Of a stretch of DNA of 64,000 nucleotides, positions 40,056 to 50,715 are shown one piece after another. Position 1 is the stretch's first letter, and the number at the start of each line of letters is the position of its first letter. A program made the translations under genes and the position numbers. The stretch spans positions 16,661-80,660 of the forward strand of contig JAHISJ010000013.1 in the NCBI GenBank assembly GCA_018818205.1, written 5' to 3'. The notes below the pieces were generated by a model, which saw nothing but the letters and a program-made list of their open reading frames with translations, was not told the DNA's origin and searched no databases. This DNA is from Patescibacteria group bacterium (GTDB lineage Bacteria; Patescibacteriota; JABMPQ01; JAHIRA01).

Positions 40056-41936
40056 TTACTTTGCTTGAAGTGAGTATGCAATGCTAATTTCCTTATCACT
40101 TAATGCTCTGCTAATGTAAGCAATCTTTGCATAGCGAGCTTTCATGTGATAATCGGTATAGACTCCTGTTAGAGGGTTCCAAGAAATGAACATGTACGAG
40201 GAAGAGGTAGCTGCACTACATGTAATATTGGTGGATGTTCCATCAAGTTTGCCATCAATGTAGAACTTTACGGTCGATGCTGCCTTGTTGTATACATATG
40301 TAAGGTGCACATATTTGTTGATTACAAGCGAGGTTTTTGGGCTTCTATCCATACCTGTCCCACAGTACCCAACATATTTGTTTGCCCAATGACTAAGGCT
40401 TAGTGATGTTCCAGGTGATCTAATAATAAATGACGCACCATAGCTAGGAGTTGTTGTTATTTGTGCATAAACCATGACAGTGAAGGATTCAACAGAAGTT
40501 GTCTGAAGTGTTCCTACATTTGTGATAACAGCATATCCTTTGATAGAGGTATCAAAATATGTTTTGGCCCCAAGGGTCACTACACGGCCACCGTTTTTGA
40601 TTCCCGCGTGCCTTCCTTTACCGGAGACATCTGGAATTTTGATGTTGTCGTTTTTTTGTGGTACTAACAAGAATTCGAGGGCAGAGCAATTAGATTCATC
40701 TGTTTGACCATCGCAGTTATCGTCGATGTTGTTGCTACAGACTTCAACACCGTAACTACCGCCGCAACATCTACCATGCAGGCATAGCTGTCCCAACGTA
40801 CACTGTGTGCCGCATTTTCCACAGTTATTCTTGTCTACTTGGAGGTTAAACCCATTATCAACAACTCCATCACAATCATTATCCTTCCCATCACAGATCT
40901 CTTTTGAGGAGGGCATAGGTGTACAGGTCTGAGCTACGCCACCAACACATTTCTGAACCGTATTGGAGCACTCTCCAACACCACATGCTAACGTTCCAAG
41001 ATTCTCATCAATTTGGCCGTTGCAGTTGTTGTCTTTGCCATCGCAGACTTCCGTAGAAGGCTGTTTTGGCACACAACTTTGCGGTTTTCCGCTTGAGCAG
41101 TTGTTAACTTCAACAAAGCACTCTCCAACACCACAAGAACTTTTCCCTAAATCTTCATCAATCGCACCATCACAGTCGTTATCAAGACCGTCACAAGTCT
41201 CAGGCTTTGGTTCAACGAGGCCTATACAAGGTCCCCATGATCCATCAGATAAGCACGTTTGCCTTCCTCTCTTACAAAGTCCTTTAAGCGGTACTGTTCC
41301 ACAATCTAGGGTATTTCCTGCTGTACAACAAGGGATACCATCATCAATCTGACCGTTGCAGTCGTTGTCAAGTCTGTCGCAGGTCTCCTTAGCAGGTTGA
41401 TTCTTTTGAATGCAAATTAGTTTACCGGATGCACAAGTATATGAACCTTCAGTACAAATTCCCGGTTTTCCTGTTACACAAGGCTTACCAAATAATTTCT
41501 TGTATTTATCACAGGGATCAATTTTTTCAGATTCAGGGAGAATCTCTGGAGAAACCTTTTCTTCAGATGATGTAGATTCTTCGTGAACAAAACGTTCTTC
41601 TTGAATGGTGCGTTCAGGTTCCCGAGGGATTTCCTCAGGAAGTTCTCCTGCATCATTTAACTCAGCAGTGTATTCATCAATACGCTGTTCATTAATATCT
41701 TCACCAAATTCATGATCAATTAACTGTTCTTTTGTGTCAACAAGAATTTTTTCTTTGTCACCACCTGTTTCAATTTTATCTTTGGGGATACAATATTCAC
41801 CACTTCGGCAGTAATGGTTTGCTGGGCAATCACTATCAACGTCACATTCGAGCATACCTGAGGGGTTTGAACAATTCAGTGTAAAAATAGCAGAAAAAAG
41901 AAAAATTACATACAAAAACTTCGGCATTTTTGTCAT
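40056..41936 (-). CDS. secreted Cys/Asp-rich repeat protein (MopE-type putative metal-binding repeats) with acidic linker and C-terminal LamG/concanavalin-like domain
   Basis: Start set at ATG 41936 with AGGAGG SD. Signal peptide MTKMPKFLYVIFLFSAIFTLNCS. At least 5 repeats ending CDGxDNDCDGxxD. C-terminal jelly-roll-like region. Confidence 0.7.
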   Translation of the reverse strand: MTKMPKFLYVIFLFSAIFTLNCSNPSGMLECDVDSDCPANHYCRSGEYCIPKDKIETGGDKEKILVDTKEQLIDHEFGEDINEQRIDEYTAELNDAGELPEEIPREPERTIQEERFVHEESTSSEEKVSPEILPESEKIDPCDKYKKLFGKPCVTGKPGICTEGSYTCASGKLICIQKNQPAKETCDRLDNDCNGQIDDGIPCCTAGNTLDCGTVPLKGLCKRGRQTCLSDGSWGPCIGLVEPKPETCDGLDNDCDGAIDEDLGKSSCGVGECFVEVNNCSSGKPQSCVPKQPSTEVCDGKDNNCNGQIDENLGTLACGVGECSNTVQKCVGGVAQTCTPMPSSKEICDGKDNDCDGVVDNGFNLQVDKNNCGKCGTQCTLGQLCLHGRCCGGSYGVEVCSNNIDDNCDGQTDESNCSALEFLLVPQKNDNIKIPDVSGKGRHAGIKNGGRVVTLGAKTYFDTSIKGYAVITNVGTLQTTSVESFTVMVYAQITTTPSYGASFIIRSPGTSLSLSHWANKYVGYCGTGMDRSPKTSLVINKYVHLTYVYNKAASTVKFYIDGKLDGTSTNITCSAATSSSYMFISWNPLTGVYTDYHMKARYAKIAYISRALSDKEISIAYSLQAK

Positions 41937-41981
41937 AATCTCCTCCTCTTGAGGTGTAAAAGGGTTCAAAGTTTGCGCTTT

Positions 41982-42010
41982 ATTATGGAACGTTTTGCCG
42001 AAAAAAGCAA
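41982..42010 (-). promoter_or_regulatory. candidate promoter TTGCTT-17-CATAAT for the 40056-41936 gene
   Basis: Reverse-complement inspection; about 45 nt upstream of the start codon. Confidence 0.35.
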
Positions 42011-42047
42011 GTCCTTTTGGTAATGTGCACACACATATGGCGGTTTT

Positions 42048-42076
42048 TTGACAGGGTCCAGGAAGTTGAATACAAT
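42048..42076 (+). promoter_or_regulatory. sigma70-consensus promoter TTGACA-17-TACAAT, about 380 nt upstream of the 42456 gene
   Basis: ttgaca 42048-42053; tacaat 42071-42076. Confidence 0.45.
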
Positions 42077-42455
42077 CTCTACTAATGTACAAGAAGAGCA
42101 CTATCGATGGATAGCACTCATTATGGTGGAAAAGATATCCATAGCATTGATTGCAGGGATTTCTCCTTTCCCTGATAGAACCATTAGGTATTGGCTTCCT
42201 CGGTTGGCATTGTAAACCTTGTAAGTATGTCTAGAAGACCAAAATCATATTCTTGTGAAACACTAATATGTGTCCAAAATTATCAAGGAGAAGAGAATAA
42301 GATGAAAAACTGCTAATTTTTTTTATCAAATAGATTGTTTTACATGATTATTTCTAAGGCACTGGAGTTTAAGCCCATAACGTTATCTATTTGAACGGAT
42401 GCGTATATCTGCTATTCTTGATTTATTAGTAGTAAAAATTTTGTCAGTGAAAAAA

Positions 42456-45400
42456 ATGAAGAGAGTTGGAAAAGTAAAAAAAGTTGTCATATTTTTTGTT
42501 TTAATGGCGATCTGTACGCTTATCTTGTTACCAAGTCTTATTTCTTTGTCAGAGAATGAAATTTTTGGTGTAGAAGGTGACGCCTATCAAGTATACTCTA
42601 CAACCTTTTACAAAGATGCAATAAAAGGAGATTCAATTTTTGAAAAGATTTTTGGTTATAAAAAAGGCATTGATGTTCCTCTTGACTTACTCAGTTTACA
42701 CACATATCGATATATGTCATTTAAGCTTATAGGTAATCCTCTTGGCTTTAATCTAGTGTGGATCGCTTCTTTCTATTTAACTATCGTTGCTGGTTATCTT
42801 CTTATTAAAGTTTTTACCAAATCAGATTTAGCGGCAATAATTGGCGGGACATTAATAACTTTTGTCCCAACACATTTTGCATTTGGTTTGGGTTTTGGAG
42901 GTGCGACGCATATTGAATTTATTGTTTTTTTTCTGTATTTTTTCTTTTCTTTTTTTCAAAAACCAAAAATTTGGAAATTTATTGGAACTCTTGTAAGTTT
43001 AGCCATAATGGTGGCCAACGAACATCATTTTGCATTTTTTTCAATTATTTTTGTCCTAGTATATCTGTGTTATCTATGCATAGCAAAGAGAGATATTTTA
43101 AAAAAAGTTGCAACAACGAACTATGTAATAGCTTCTTGCATATTTTTCTTGGTTAGTTGTATCTATTTAGTCATATTCTATATCAATTTAGATAAAGTAG
43201 CTGAATTACAACTAGGAATAGAGGAAACAGTAAGCCGGTCCGTTGATGTTCTTGGCTTTTTTGTTCCTTACCAATTTCATCCTATTTGGGGAGATTTCTT
43301 TTCTAGAGGGATAACAAGTAAATTTATCACTCCCGTTTCGGAAACGACAGCGTATCTTGGGTTTGTATCGATTTTTTTGATTATAATCTTTTTTGTGAAA
43401 AGCAAAAAGAAATTTGATTATAATCAAAAAGCCTTATTCTTGATTGGCTTTATTTTTTTATGCATAGCCTTAGGGCCGTTATTACATCTAAATGGCTTAT
43501 TTAACCCTCAAATTCGACTTCCATATTATCTGGTGTACTCATTTTTACCAATATTTTCATCAATGAGAGCTGTCGGAAGAGCGGTAATTTACTTAGAAAT
43601 TATAGCTTTTATTTTTGCATCAACTGGTTTTGCTTTACTTATTAAAAAAAAGTCAATCAAGAAACAGTTTTTTTATGCCGGAGCAGTAATTATTCTTATC
43701 GCTATAGAATTTCTAGCTATCTCTCCGACAGTTTCCACAAACTATCCCGATTTCTATAACAAGATTGCCAACGAAGAAGGTAATTTCAAAATATTGCAAA
43801 TTCTAAACTCAACTAGTTATGCATATGCTTCAAGGGCGCTCTATTTCAATTCTCATCATAATAAAACAGCTGTTGGTGGATACACTTTTGCACGCCCGGT
43901 ACCGGGTATGTTTCAAATGGAGACTGGCACCCCGGTAATCGAGGACTTACTCTATCGAATACCGAAAGGTGAAGGTATTGACCCCTCGTTGGTATATGAT
44001 CCAAAAGAAGTATCAAATCTCGTTCTTAATTACAATAATATTAAATATATTGTGCAAGAAAAAGAATATATTTCAAACAAGAATGTTGGTCCAGAGCATC
44101 AATTGACGCCCGAAAAGTTTTCAGAAATAAAAGAGTATATAACTTCAAATATTAAAGGTGAGGTTGTGCAAGATGACAATGAAATATATGTTTTTAAGGT
44201 TAAAGAAATAAATAATCAAGATATGTTTGTTTCAAGAGGAATAGGCTTTAAAGAAGTTCCAGAAAAACATACTACTAAGCTTTATAAAGAAGATGGCTAT
44301 TTTTACGTTAATAATCCTTCTGATCACGTCCGGAAGGGATATTTGACTTTTAAGGCTTCTGCACGGGGTGAAAGTAGGAAACTATCGGTGTCATTTAACG
44401 AGAATGATTTTCAAGATGTTGAACTGGGGAAAACAGAAAATATCTTTTCTCTCGAGCTCGGTAACATTTTACCGGGACAAAATCGAGTGAAATTTATTTC
44501 TCCTAGTTACAATGAATCTGAGATCGAATTGTCTGATTTTATAATTTTTGAAGATCTTGTCAATAATCATGGTTTACTATCCAATCAATCAATCAATGAT
44601 ACTCTTGAGTTTCCACCTACTATTAGGAGTAAAGAAGGAAGTAATCAGTATCCAAAATCCCTTTTAAACAGCGATTGTATTTCAAGTGGTGTCGCATGTT
44701 CACTGTTGCCGAAAAATTTTTCAGAAAAAAAAGGGATTCTTTCAGATTTCCAGTATGGAGTTAATTATGCAAAATTTTTACAAAACAAAGGTATAAATCG
44801 TATTGTAATTCATAAAGATCGTTTAACATTACAGGATCTTTTTTACGCTCAATATTTTTTCACTTTCCATTTGAAAAATTATGAGTTGATTAATGAAGAC
44901 AACAATACATTACTTTACGTGAAAGATGTAGATGCTCCTTCACTTGATACTAGTGTTTTTGTAGATTTTTCTGAGAGTTTAGAGGGAAGTGAATCAAAAA
45001 GTTTGTTAGATCACCGTAAGCTTTTGGATACTAATTCATTGATTCGTTTGAGTTCAGAAAAACAAATAGCTGGAAATTTGAATGTTGATTTATTCCTTGA
45101 CACAATTAGCACTAAAAAGTATCAAATTGAAGTAGCAGATGAACAGGGCAAGATTTTAGAGAACGTGCTAATTGAGCCGAATAAACCAATAAATTTGAGT
45201 TTTGCCGTGAATAGTTCAGAGCTTATTAGGTTCAATATTTTAGAGGAAGATAGATCTCCAGTAGAAACTGTTCCGCCGGTATATATTTCTAACATGTGGT
45301 TTGATGATTCTGAGGGAATATATAACTACTTTGATAGTAAAACGTTGGAGGATAACAAGTATAATGATCTCGTGGCTTTTAAAAACTTTGCAGGCGATAT

Positions 45401-45845
45401 CTCAGACTTGTCTGTTGTAACAGAGTCTATAGGAAGAGAGTCTAAATACATTCTTTTTAGAGATCCGACAAAACAGGTAAGTTTTGAAACAGAGGTCAGA
45501 ATTAATGATTGGATCGGCTCAACCATAGGTATTGGCTTTGTTAAGGATTACGGTGAAGTAAAAGACACTATTTCTACTGGTGTTTTGAGCATGCAATGTT
45601 CCGGTGTGAGGACATGCTCATTTGCTGGTAAACAATTTTCATTAAAACAACCACTCACGGACAACGGAAAATTGAACTTTAGTTTTAACGATGGCAAGGT
45701 TGTTATTAAGCAAGACGGCGAGAAAGTTTTTGAAGATAGGATTGAAATTGAAGCAGTCTATGGTATAGTGTTTGGTAGTTTTAACAACACGGATAATTTA
45801 AAGATTGATTTTGATTTACTTCATTTTAGCCTATTTTTCCCATGA
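42456..45845 (+). CDS. large membrane protein: N-terminal polytopic domain (about 450 aa, YfhO/GT-C-like) plus about 680-aa extracytoplasmic C-terminal region of unknown function
   Basis: Start moved to the internal ATG at 42456. At least 10 TM helices, then a long hydrophilic region with no recognisable motifs. Confidence 0.6.
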   Translation: MKRVGKVKKVVIFFVLMAICTLILLPSLISLSENEIFGVEGDAYQVYSTTFYKDAIKGDSIFEKIFGYKKGIDVPLDLLSLHTYRYMSFKLIGNPLGFNLVWIASFYLTIVAGYLLIKVFTKSDLAAIIGGTLITFVPTHFAFGLGFGGATHIEFIVFFLYFFFSFFQKPKIWKFIGTLVSLAIMVANEHHFAFFSIIFVLVYLCYLCIAKRDILKKVATTNYVIASCIFFLVSCIYLVIFYINLDKVAELQLGIEETVSRSVDVLGFFVPYQFHPIWGDFFSRGITSKFITPVSETTAYLGFVSIFLIIIFFVKSKKKFDYNQKALFLIGFIFLCIALGPLLHLNGLFNPQIRLPYYLVYSFLPIFSSMRAVGRAVIYLEIIAFIFASTGFALLIKKKSIKKQFFYAGAVIILIAIEFLAISPTVSTNYPDFYNKIANEEGNFKILQILNSTSYAYASRALYFNSHHNKTAVGGYTFARPVPGMFQMETGTPVIEDLLYRIPKGEGIDPSLVYDPKEVSNLVLNYNNIKYIVQEKEYISNKNVGPEHQLTPEKFSEIKEYITSNIKGEVVQDDNEIYVFKVKEINNQDMFVSRGIGFKEVPEKHTTKLYKEDGYFYVNNPSDHVRKGYLTFKASARGESRKLSVSFNENDFQDVELGKTENIFSLELGNILPGQNRVKFISPSYNESEIELSDFIIFEDLVNNHGLLSNQSINDTLEFPPTIRSKEGSNQYPKSLLNSDCISSGVACSLLPKNFSEKKGILSDFQYGVNYAKFLQNKGINRIVIHKDRLTLQDLFYAQYFFTFHLKNYELINEDNNTLLYVKDVDAPSLDTSVFVDFSESLEGSESKSLLDHRKLLDTNSLIRLSSEKQIAGNLNVDLFLDTISTKKYQIEVADEQGKILENVLIEPNKPINLSFAVNSSELIRFNILEEDRSPVETVPPVYISNMWFDDSEGIYNYFDSKTLEDNKYNDLVAFKNFAGDISDLSVVTESIGRESKYILFRDPTKQVSFETEVRINDWIGSTIGIGFVKDYGEVKDTISTGVLSMQCSGVRTCSFAGKQFSLKQPLTDNGKLNFSFNDGKVVIKQDGEKVFEDRIEIEAVYGIVFGSFNNTDNLKIDFDLLHFSLFFP

Positions 45846-46513
45846 AGGAAAAAGTTTGTCTAGTAATCCCTGCTTATAATGAAGTAGGATCTCTTGAAGG
45901 AGTCGTAAAGGAGGCGTCTCGCTATTCTGATACAATAATTGTCGTAGATGACGGTTCACGTGATAAAACAGGGGATTTTTGTATAGAAAAAAATGAAAAG
46001 GACGTATATTTTCTTAGACATGTTGTCAATTTAGGTAAAGGGGCTGCCATGAGGACGGGAGCTATTTTTGCACAAAACCTCAAGTGTGATTTTTTGGTCT
46101 TTATGGATGCCGATGGACAACATGATCCTCAAGACATCAAAAAGTTGGTGGATTGTGTAAAAGAGAAAAAAGGACTGGCCATTGGTAAGCGTGAAAAAAA
46201 TAAAAATATGCCCTTAGCTATGAAAGTAGGGAATTTTTCACTTTCTTTACTGATAAAGACTCTTTTTAAACTTTCAGTTGAAGATACACAGTCGGGTTTT
46301 AGAGCAATAAGATTAGAGGATTTGGATAAGATTCTCTGGACTAGTTGTGATTATAATGTAGAAACGGAAATGCTTATCAAAGCTAAAAAGAATCAAATAT
46401 CGATATTTGAGGTTCCAATAAAAACAGTATATAATGATAAATATAAGGGAACGACATTTATTGATGGAATTAAAATTTTTTTACAACTTTTAAAACTTAG
46501 ATTTTATGATTAA
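45842..46513 (+). CDS. GT2 polyprenol-phosphate glycosyltransferase, soluble DPM1-like short form
   Basis: VCLVIPAYNE...VVDDGSRDKT...GKGAAMRTG...MDADGQHDPQDI. Confidence 0.8.
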   Translation: MKEKVCLVIPAYNEVGSLEGVVKEASRYSDTIIVVDDGSRDKTGDFCIEKNEKDVYFLRHVVNLGKGAAMRTGAIFAQNLKCDFLVFMDADGQHDPQDIKKLVDCVKEKKGLAIGKREKNKNMPLAMKVGNFSLSLLIKTLFKLSVEDTQSGFRAIRLEDLDKILWTSCDYNVETEMLIKAKKNQISIFEVPIKTVYNDKYKGTTFIDGIKIFLQLLKLRFYD

Positions 46514-46841
46514 TGGAGTAGCAACACTAGGTGTGTTTTTTGGCTTGTTTATGGGTTATTATACCTTTGTTAAGTATAAAAGAAAGGAAATTAGTTCGTG
46601 GCAAGCTTTAGGCTGGGAAGTAATATGGACTGGTATTATTGTTGTGGTATTGATTCCGGGTCAAATTAGTAATTTTCTTGATAAGGTTAAGATTGCGCGT
46701 GCTCTCGATCTTTTTTTAGTTTTAGGGATGATTTTTTTGCTCGCAGTGTCTTTCTATCTATTTGTAAACATAAATAAGCAAAAGAGGAAACATGAGGAGC
46801 TCGTGCAAATTTTAGCTATAAAGAAAGCCGAGAAGAGATGA
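46506..46841 (+). CDS. small membrane protein, DUF2304-like (typical partner of DPM1-like GT2)
   Basis: 111 aa, 3-4 TM helices; gene overlap with the upstream GT2. Confidence 0.5.
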   Translation: MINGVATLGVFFGLFMGYYTFVKYKRKEISSWQALGWEVIWTGIIVVVLIPGQISNFLDKVKIARALDLFLVLGMIFLLAVSFYLFVNINKQKRKHEELVQILAIKKAEKR

Positions 46842-47965
46842 GGATTCTTTTTGTTTTAGAATATTATTATCCTAATGTGGGTGGCGTGGAGACGTTGTTT
46901 AAGAATCTCGCCGAAGGTTTAGCTAAGGAAGGACATCATGTTTGTGTGGTAACAAGTAAAATTCAAGCGTCTCCGTTTCGTGAAAAAGTTAACGGAGTAG
47001 AAATAGTTCGAGTGTTTTGTCCTAATATTTTTGATCGACGATACTGGTTTACATTTACTGCTATTCCAAAGGTGTTAGTTTTAGCTAGAAAGTATGATAT
47101 TGTGCACACAACTACCTATAATGCGATAATTCCAGCAAAAATTGCTAGTGTACTACTAGGGAAACCAATAGTGTTAACAGTTCTTGAGGTGATGGATCAT
47201 TTATTCTATAAAATAAACTTATCTAAAGTTTCTGCGTTTTTTCACTGGTGTTTTGAGAGGTTAGTTCTAAGATTTTATTATAGTAAAATTATTGCAATTT
47301 CTGATTTTACCAAGAGTAGGGTAGTAGATTTAGTACAGAAAAAAATGAGGGGTAATGTTGTTAGAGTCTATCATGGATTAGATTATAATAATTTTTGTTT
47401 TGAAAATATTAGAAAGCGAAACCTGAAAAAAGAATTAGGGCTTGATGATCGTTTTGTGTTCTTGTACTTTGGCAGACCTGGTTTTTTAAAGGGCGTAGAT
47501 ATGTTGGTTGATTCGTTTAACCTCTTAAGTAAGACTCACAAAGATGTTTTTTTGTTGCTAATTCTTTCTAAAAAGCCTTTAAAGCAATATAAGAGTATAC
47601 AAAATAAAGTTAATGTATCTGAAAATAAATCTATAAAAATAATTGATTCTGTACCTTATAGTGATCTTCCGTCTTATATACATATGGCGGACAGAGTGGT
47701 TATTCCATCAATTTCAGAAGGGTTTGGATATACTGCGGCAGAAGCATGCACGTTAAAAAAACCAGTAATCGTAAATATCAAAGAGACATCGTTAGGTGAA
47801 GTAGTGGGCGGTGCATACACTCAGGTCATACAAGCAGATATAGATTCACTTTTTGACGCTCTTTTGAAGTCTTGCAGGGGAGAATTTGAGTATGCTGTCC
47901 CAAAACGTTTTGAATGGAAGGATACTATTTTGACGACAATTAAGTTGTATAAGGAAATCATTTGA
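46838..47965 (+). CDS. glycosyltransferase family 4
   Basis: PSISEGFGYTAAEACTLKKPVIV (EX7E). Confidence 0.8.
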   Translation: MRILFVLEYYYPNVGGVETLFKNLAEGLAKEGHHVCVVTSKIQASPFREKVNGVEIVRVFCPNIFDRRYWFTFTAIPKVLVLARKYDIVHTTTYNAIIPAKIASVLLGKPIVLTVLEVMDHLFYKINLSKVSAFFHWCFERLVLRFYYSKIIAISDFTKSRVVDLVQKKMRGNVVRVYHGLDYNNFCFENIRKRNLKKELGLDDRFVFLYFGRPGFLKGVDMLVDSFNLLSKTHKDVFLLLILSKKPLKQYKSIQNKVNVSENKSIKIIDSVPYSDLPSYIHMADRVVIPSISEGFGYTAAEACTLKKPVIVNIKETSLGEVVGGAYTQVIQADIDSLFDALLKSCRGEFEYAVPKRFEWKDTILTTIKLYKEII

Positions 47966-48984
47966 TGAAGATTGCTATTCTTACACCTACTTTATATAAA
48001 TATAGCGGTATAGATAGGGTTGCATATAAGCAAGCTAAAGAATTTGCTGCTCAAGGGAATACTGTAAAATTTATTACTTTTAAATCTGAGATTGAGAGTC
48101 ATGGAAGGAATATTGAAGTAATTGAACTTGGTATGCCGTCCTCGTCTTTTTTTGAACGAGTGTATCGATTATTCTTTTTTTTAGATTATTTCAAAGTAAT
48201 TACCGCAAAAAAAGCAATACACGACTGTCAGAAAATTATTTGTCACTCATATCCTATGAGTGTAATTGCTTGTAAGGTAAAAAAAGAGAGACCACAGATA
48301 AAATATATTTATTATAATCATGGAGTGGCAGAACCTAGCGCATTTGAATCTATAATTGAAAAGGTGTATTTGCGTATTTTTGGTAAACTATCTAACCATT
48401 TTCTCAAAAATGCTGATGAAGTTATTTGTATTAGCAAATATTTACAAAACGTTCTTGAAAATGAAACTGGTATTGGGAGCAAGGTTGTATATAATGAGCT
48501 AGTTCTAGATCATAGTATTAAACCTAAAACAAAAATAAAGAGTAAGTTTGGTATTGGAGAAGACCGTTTTATTCTATTCGTAGGGAGAGTTTCTCCTCAT
48601 AAAGGTGTGCATTTGCTCATTAAGGCATTTAAGTTGGTTCAAGAGAAGGACAAAGATCTTAAATTAGTAATAGTTGGAAAAAATACCTTTGGGAAATATG
48701 CTAAACGGCTTAAAGATATAGCGGCTGATAATGTTATCATTACAGGTTCCGTTTCAGACGAAGAACTTATAGATTTTTATAGGCATTGTAGTTTGTATGC
48801 TACTGCATCACTTTGGGAAGGTTTTGATTTGCCAATTATTGAAGCTCAAAAAGAAGTTAAGCCTATTGTTGCCTTTGATATAGGACCACATTTTGAAATA
48901 GCAGATAAAAATACAATGCTCGTTGAAAAAGGCGATGTACAAGCTTTTGCTCTCGCAATAAATAAAGCACTCAATGAAGAGTAG
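47962..48984 (+). CDS. glycosyltransferase family 4
   Basis: SLWEGFDLPIIEAQKEVKPIVAFD. Confidence 0.8.
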   Translation: MMKIAILTPTLYKYSGIDRVAYKQAKEFAAQGNTVKFITFKSEIESHGRNIEVIELGMPSSSFFERVYRLFFFLDYFKVITAKKAIHDCQKIICHSYPMSVIACKVKKERPQIKYIYYNHGVAEPSAFESIIEKVYLRIFGKLSNHFLKNADEVICISKYLQNVLENETGIGSKVVYNELVLDHSIKPKTKIKSKFGIGEDRFILFVGRVSPHKGVHLLIKAFKLVQEKDKDLKLVIVGKNTFGKYAKRLKDIAADNVIITGSVSDEELIDFYRHCSLYATASLWEGFDLPIIEAQKEVKPIVAFDIGPHFEIADKNTMLVEKGDVQAFALAINKALNEE

Positions 48985-50524
48985 ATTTACAGATAAACTT
49001 ATTTTGCTACTTGTAATTTTTGTAGTTTTTATTGGTATTTTTTCTTTTTATCAAAGTAATCCAAAGTACCTTACTGGTGATGATGCGGCTATTCATTTGA
49101 GCAAAGCTGTTTTTAACGTTAATAAAGCGAGTGTCAATTACATAAATCCTTTTAAGCCTTTTTCTGAAGAACCAGCGTATGGTAATCTTTATATTGATGA
49201 ATTTCCTTTCCATGTTCTGGTTTCTGGGATTATGCTTAGCACAGGAACAGACGTGATTTCGGCAACAAAAGTTGTCATTTTTGTTTTGCAAATTTTTCTT
49301 TTTATTGGTTTGTTTCTTTTTCTTGAATGTATATTCAGAGATAGAATGTTTTCGTTTCTTGCAGCTTTTTTTGCAATGTTTAGTTATTGGATTGCAATTA
49401 TGTATTTTGAAGGAACTTACGCACAAATTATGGGCATGGTGTTTATACCTTTCTACTTATTATTAGTTAACGATTATTTCAATAAAAAAAACAATCCATC
49501 TCTTATTGGCGCAATAGCAATTAATGGGTTGCTTTTTTTCGTTCATCCTTTAACTTTTATTTTTGTATGTGTTCTTAGTTTCTCTTATCTTCTCTATTTT
49601 TTAGTACTTAATAAAAAATACATTGTATTAGCCTTACTTATCATAGCTACTGTTGTTATTCTTATTGTTATTGCTCTTTTTCCAAACTTGCCATATCCTA
49701 AATTCTACTCTGGGAATATTACTGATAACCCAAGTTTTGAGTTAAAAGATTTTTATGGTAAGCTAATTTCAGGCTTGTCGCCATACATTATTTTAGGACT
49801 TTTTGTTGCGGGTATTGTAAGCTCTTTAAAGTCTAAAAAAATAGTATTGATAGCTCTTCTCATATCATATCTTTTTATCTCGAGTGAAACATTCGGAGTT
49901 CCTTTCTTTCCACACCGGTTTAATCCTTATTTCATGGTTCTAGTGATTATTACTGTTTTTTATGGTTTTAAAGAGCTTTTCATAAGAATAAAGAATTATC
50001 GTTTAGCATATTTACTCCTTGTATTGTTTTTTATTGTTATTTCGGTGGGAGTGGTATATTCTTTCCAAGCGGTTAAAGAAGCACATGTCCATTTTTCCAA
50101 AGGACTGAGCCCGGCTATTATTACTGATAATGATTATGCGGCACTATCGTGGATTAAAGAAAATATACCGGGTGATGAAACAATACTGGCGACAAATAAA
50201 TGGGGGTACTTTGTTCCTTCATTGGCAGAGCATACTGTATTACTAGGAGATTCATTCGAATTACACGATGTTGAGAAAAAAGATCTAAAGAACAGACAAG
50301 AGATTGCTCAACAGAATGGACATGCTGTTTTTCGGGAGACTGATTCAAGAGTAAAGGCAGAATTATTACAAAGTATTGGTGTTAAGTATATTTTTGTACC
50401 TGATCAAATGAGAAAATATATCAGTGACTATGCACCATATGAAATCTATAATACTGATTTTGATTCAAAGTATTTTAGTGTTTTTTATAAGAGAGGCGAT
50501 GCAATTGTATATAAGTTGAGGTAA
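48974..50524 (+). CDS. polytopic membrane protein, GT-C-fold glycosyltransferase candidate
   Basis: About 12 TM helices; first-loop acidic motif LTGDDAAIH; C-terminal soluble domain. Confidence 0.5.
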   Translation: MKSRFTDKLILLLVIFVVFIGIFSFYQSNPKYLTGDDAAIHLSKAVFNVNKASVNYINPFKPFSEEPAYGNLYIDEFPFHVLVSGIMLSTGTDVISATKVVIFVLQIFLFIGLFLFLECIFRDRMFSFLAAFFAMFSYWIAIMYFEGTYAQIMGMVFIPFYLLLVNDYFNKKNNPSLIGAIAINGLLFFVHPLTFIFVCVLSFSYLLYFLVLNKKYIVLALLIIATVVILIVIALFPNLPYPKFYSGNITDNPSFELKDFYGKLISGLSPYIILGLFVAGIVSSLKSKKIVLIALLISYLFISSETFGVPFFPHRFNPYFMVLVIITVFYGFKELFIRIKNYRLAYLLLVLFFIVISVGVVYSFQAVKEAHVHFSKGLSPAIITDNDYAALSWIKENIPGDETILATNKWGYFVPSLAEHTVLLGDSFELHDVEKKDLKNRQEIAQQNGHAVFRETDSRVKAELLQSIGVKYIFVPDQMRKYISDYAPYEIYNTDFDSKYFSVFYKRGDAIVYKLR

Positions 50525-50715
50525 TGTCGATAATTTGTATTCTATTAGCTCTTCCGATATGGTTGGTGAAAAACTTTTCACTTTTATTGAATATTGATGG
50601 AGATAATGTCGTTTTTATATCCCTTTTCTTAGGCTTTCCCTTTGAAGTACTTTATTTATATATTTTGCTTGTAGGTGTTAGAAAATTTCTTTTACTATTC
50701 AATGAAAAACACTAG
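50524..50715 (+). CDS. possible small hydrophobic protein (63 aa)
   Basis: Fills the gap between flanking genes; 2 predicted TM helices; no other support. Confidence 0.25.
   Translation: MSIICILLALPIWLVKNFSLLLNIDGDNVVFISLFLGFPFEVLYLYILLVGVRKFLLLFNEKH

Noticed and set aside
40963-41352. 129-aa plus-strand ORF inside the MopE-repeat gene
   Set aside because: Antisense to a gene with strong repeat structure and signal peptide; Pro/Ser-rich low-complexity translation.
42302-42316. 4-codon uORF (MKNC) with AAGGAG SD in the long leader of the 42456 gene
   Set aside because: Too short to support from sequence alone. Mentioned only as a possible leader peptide.
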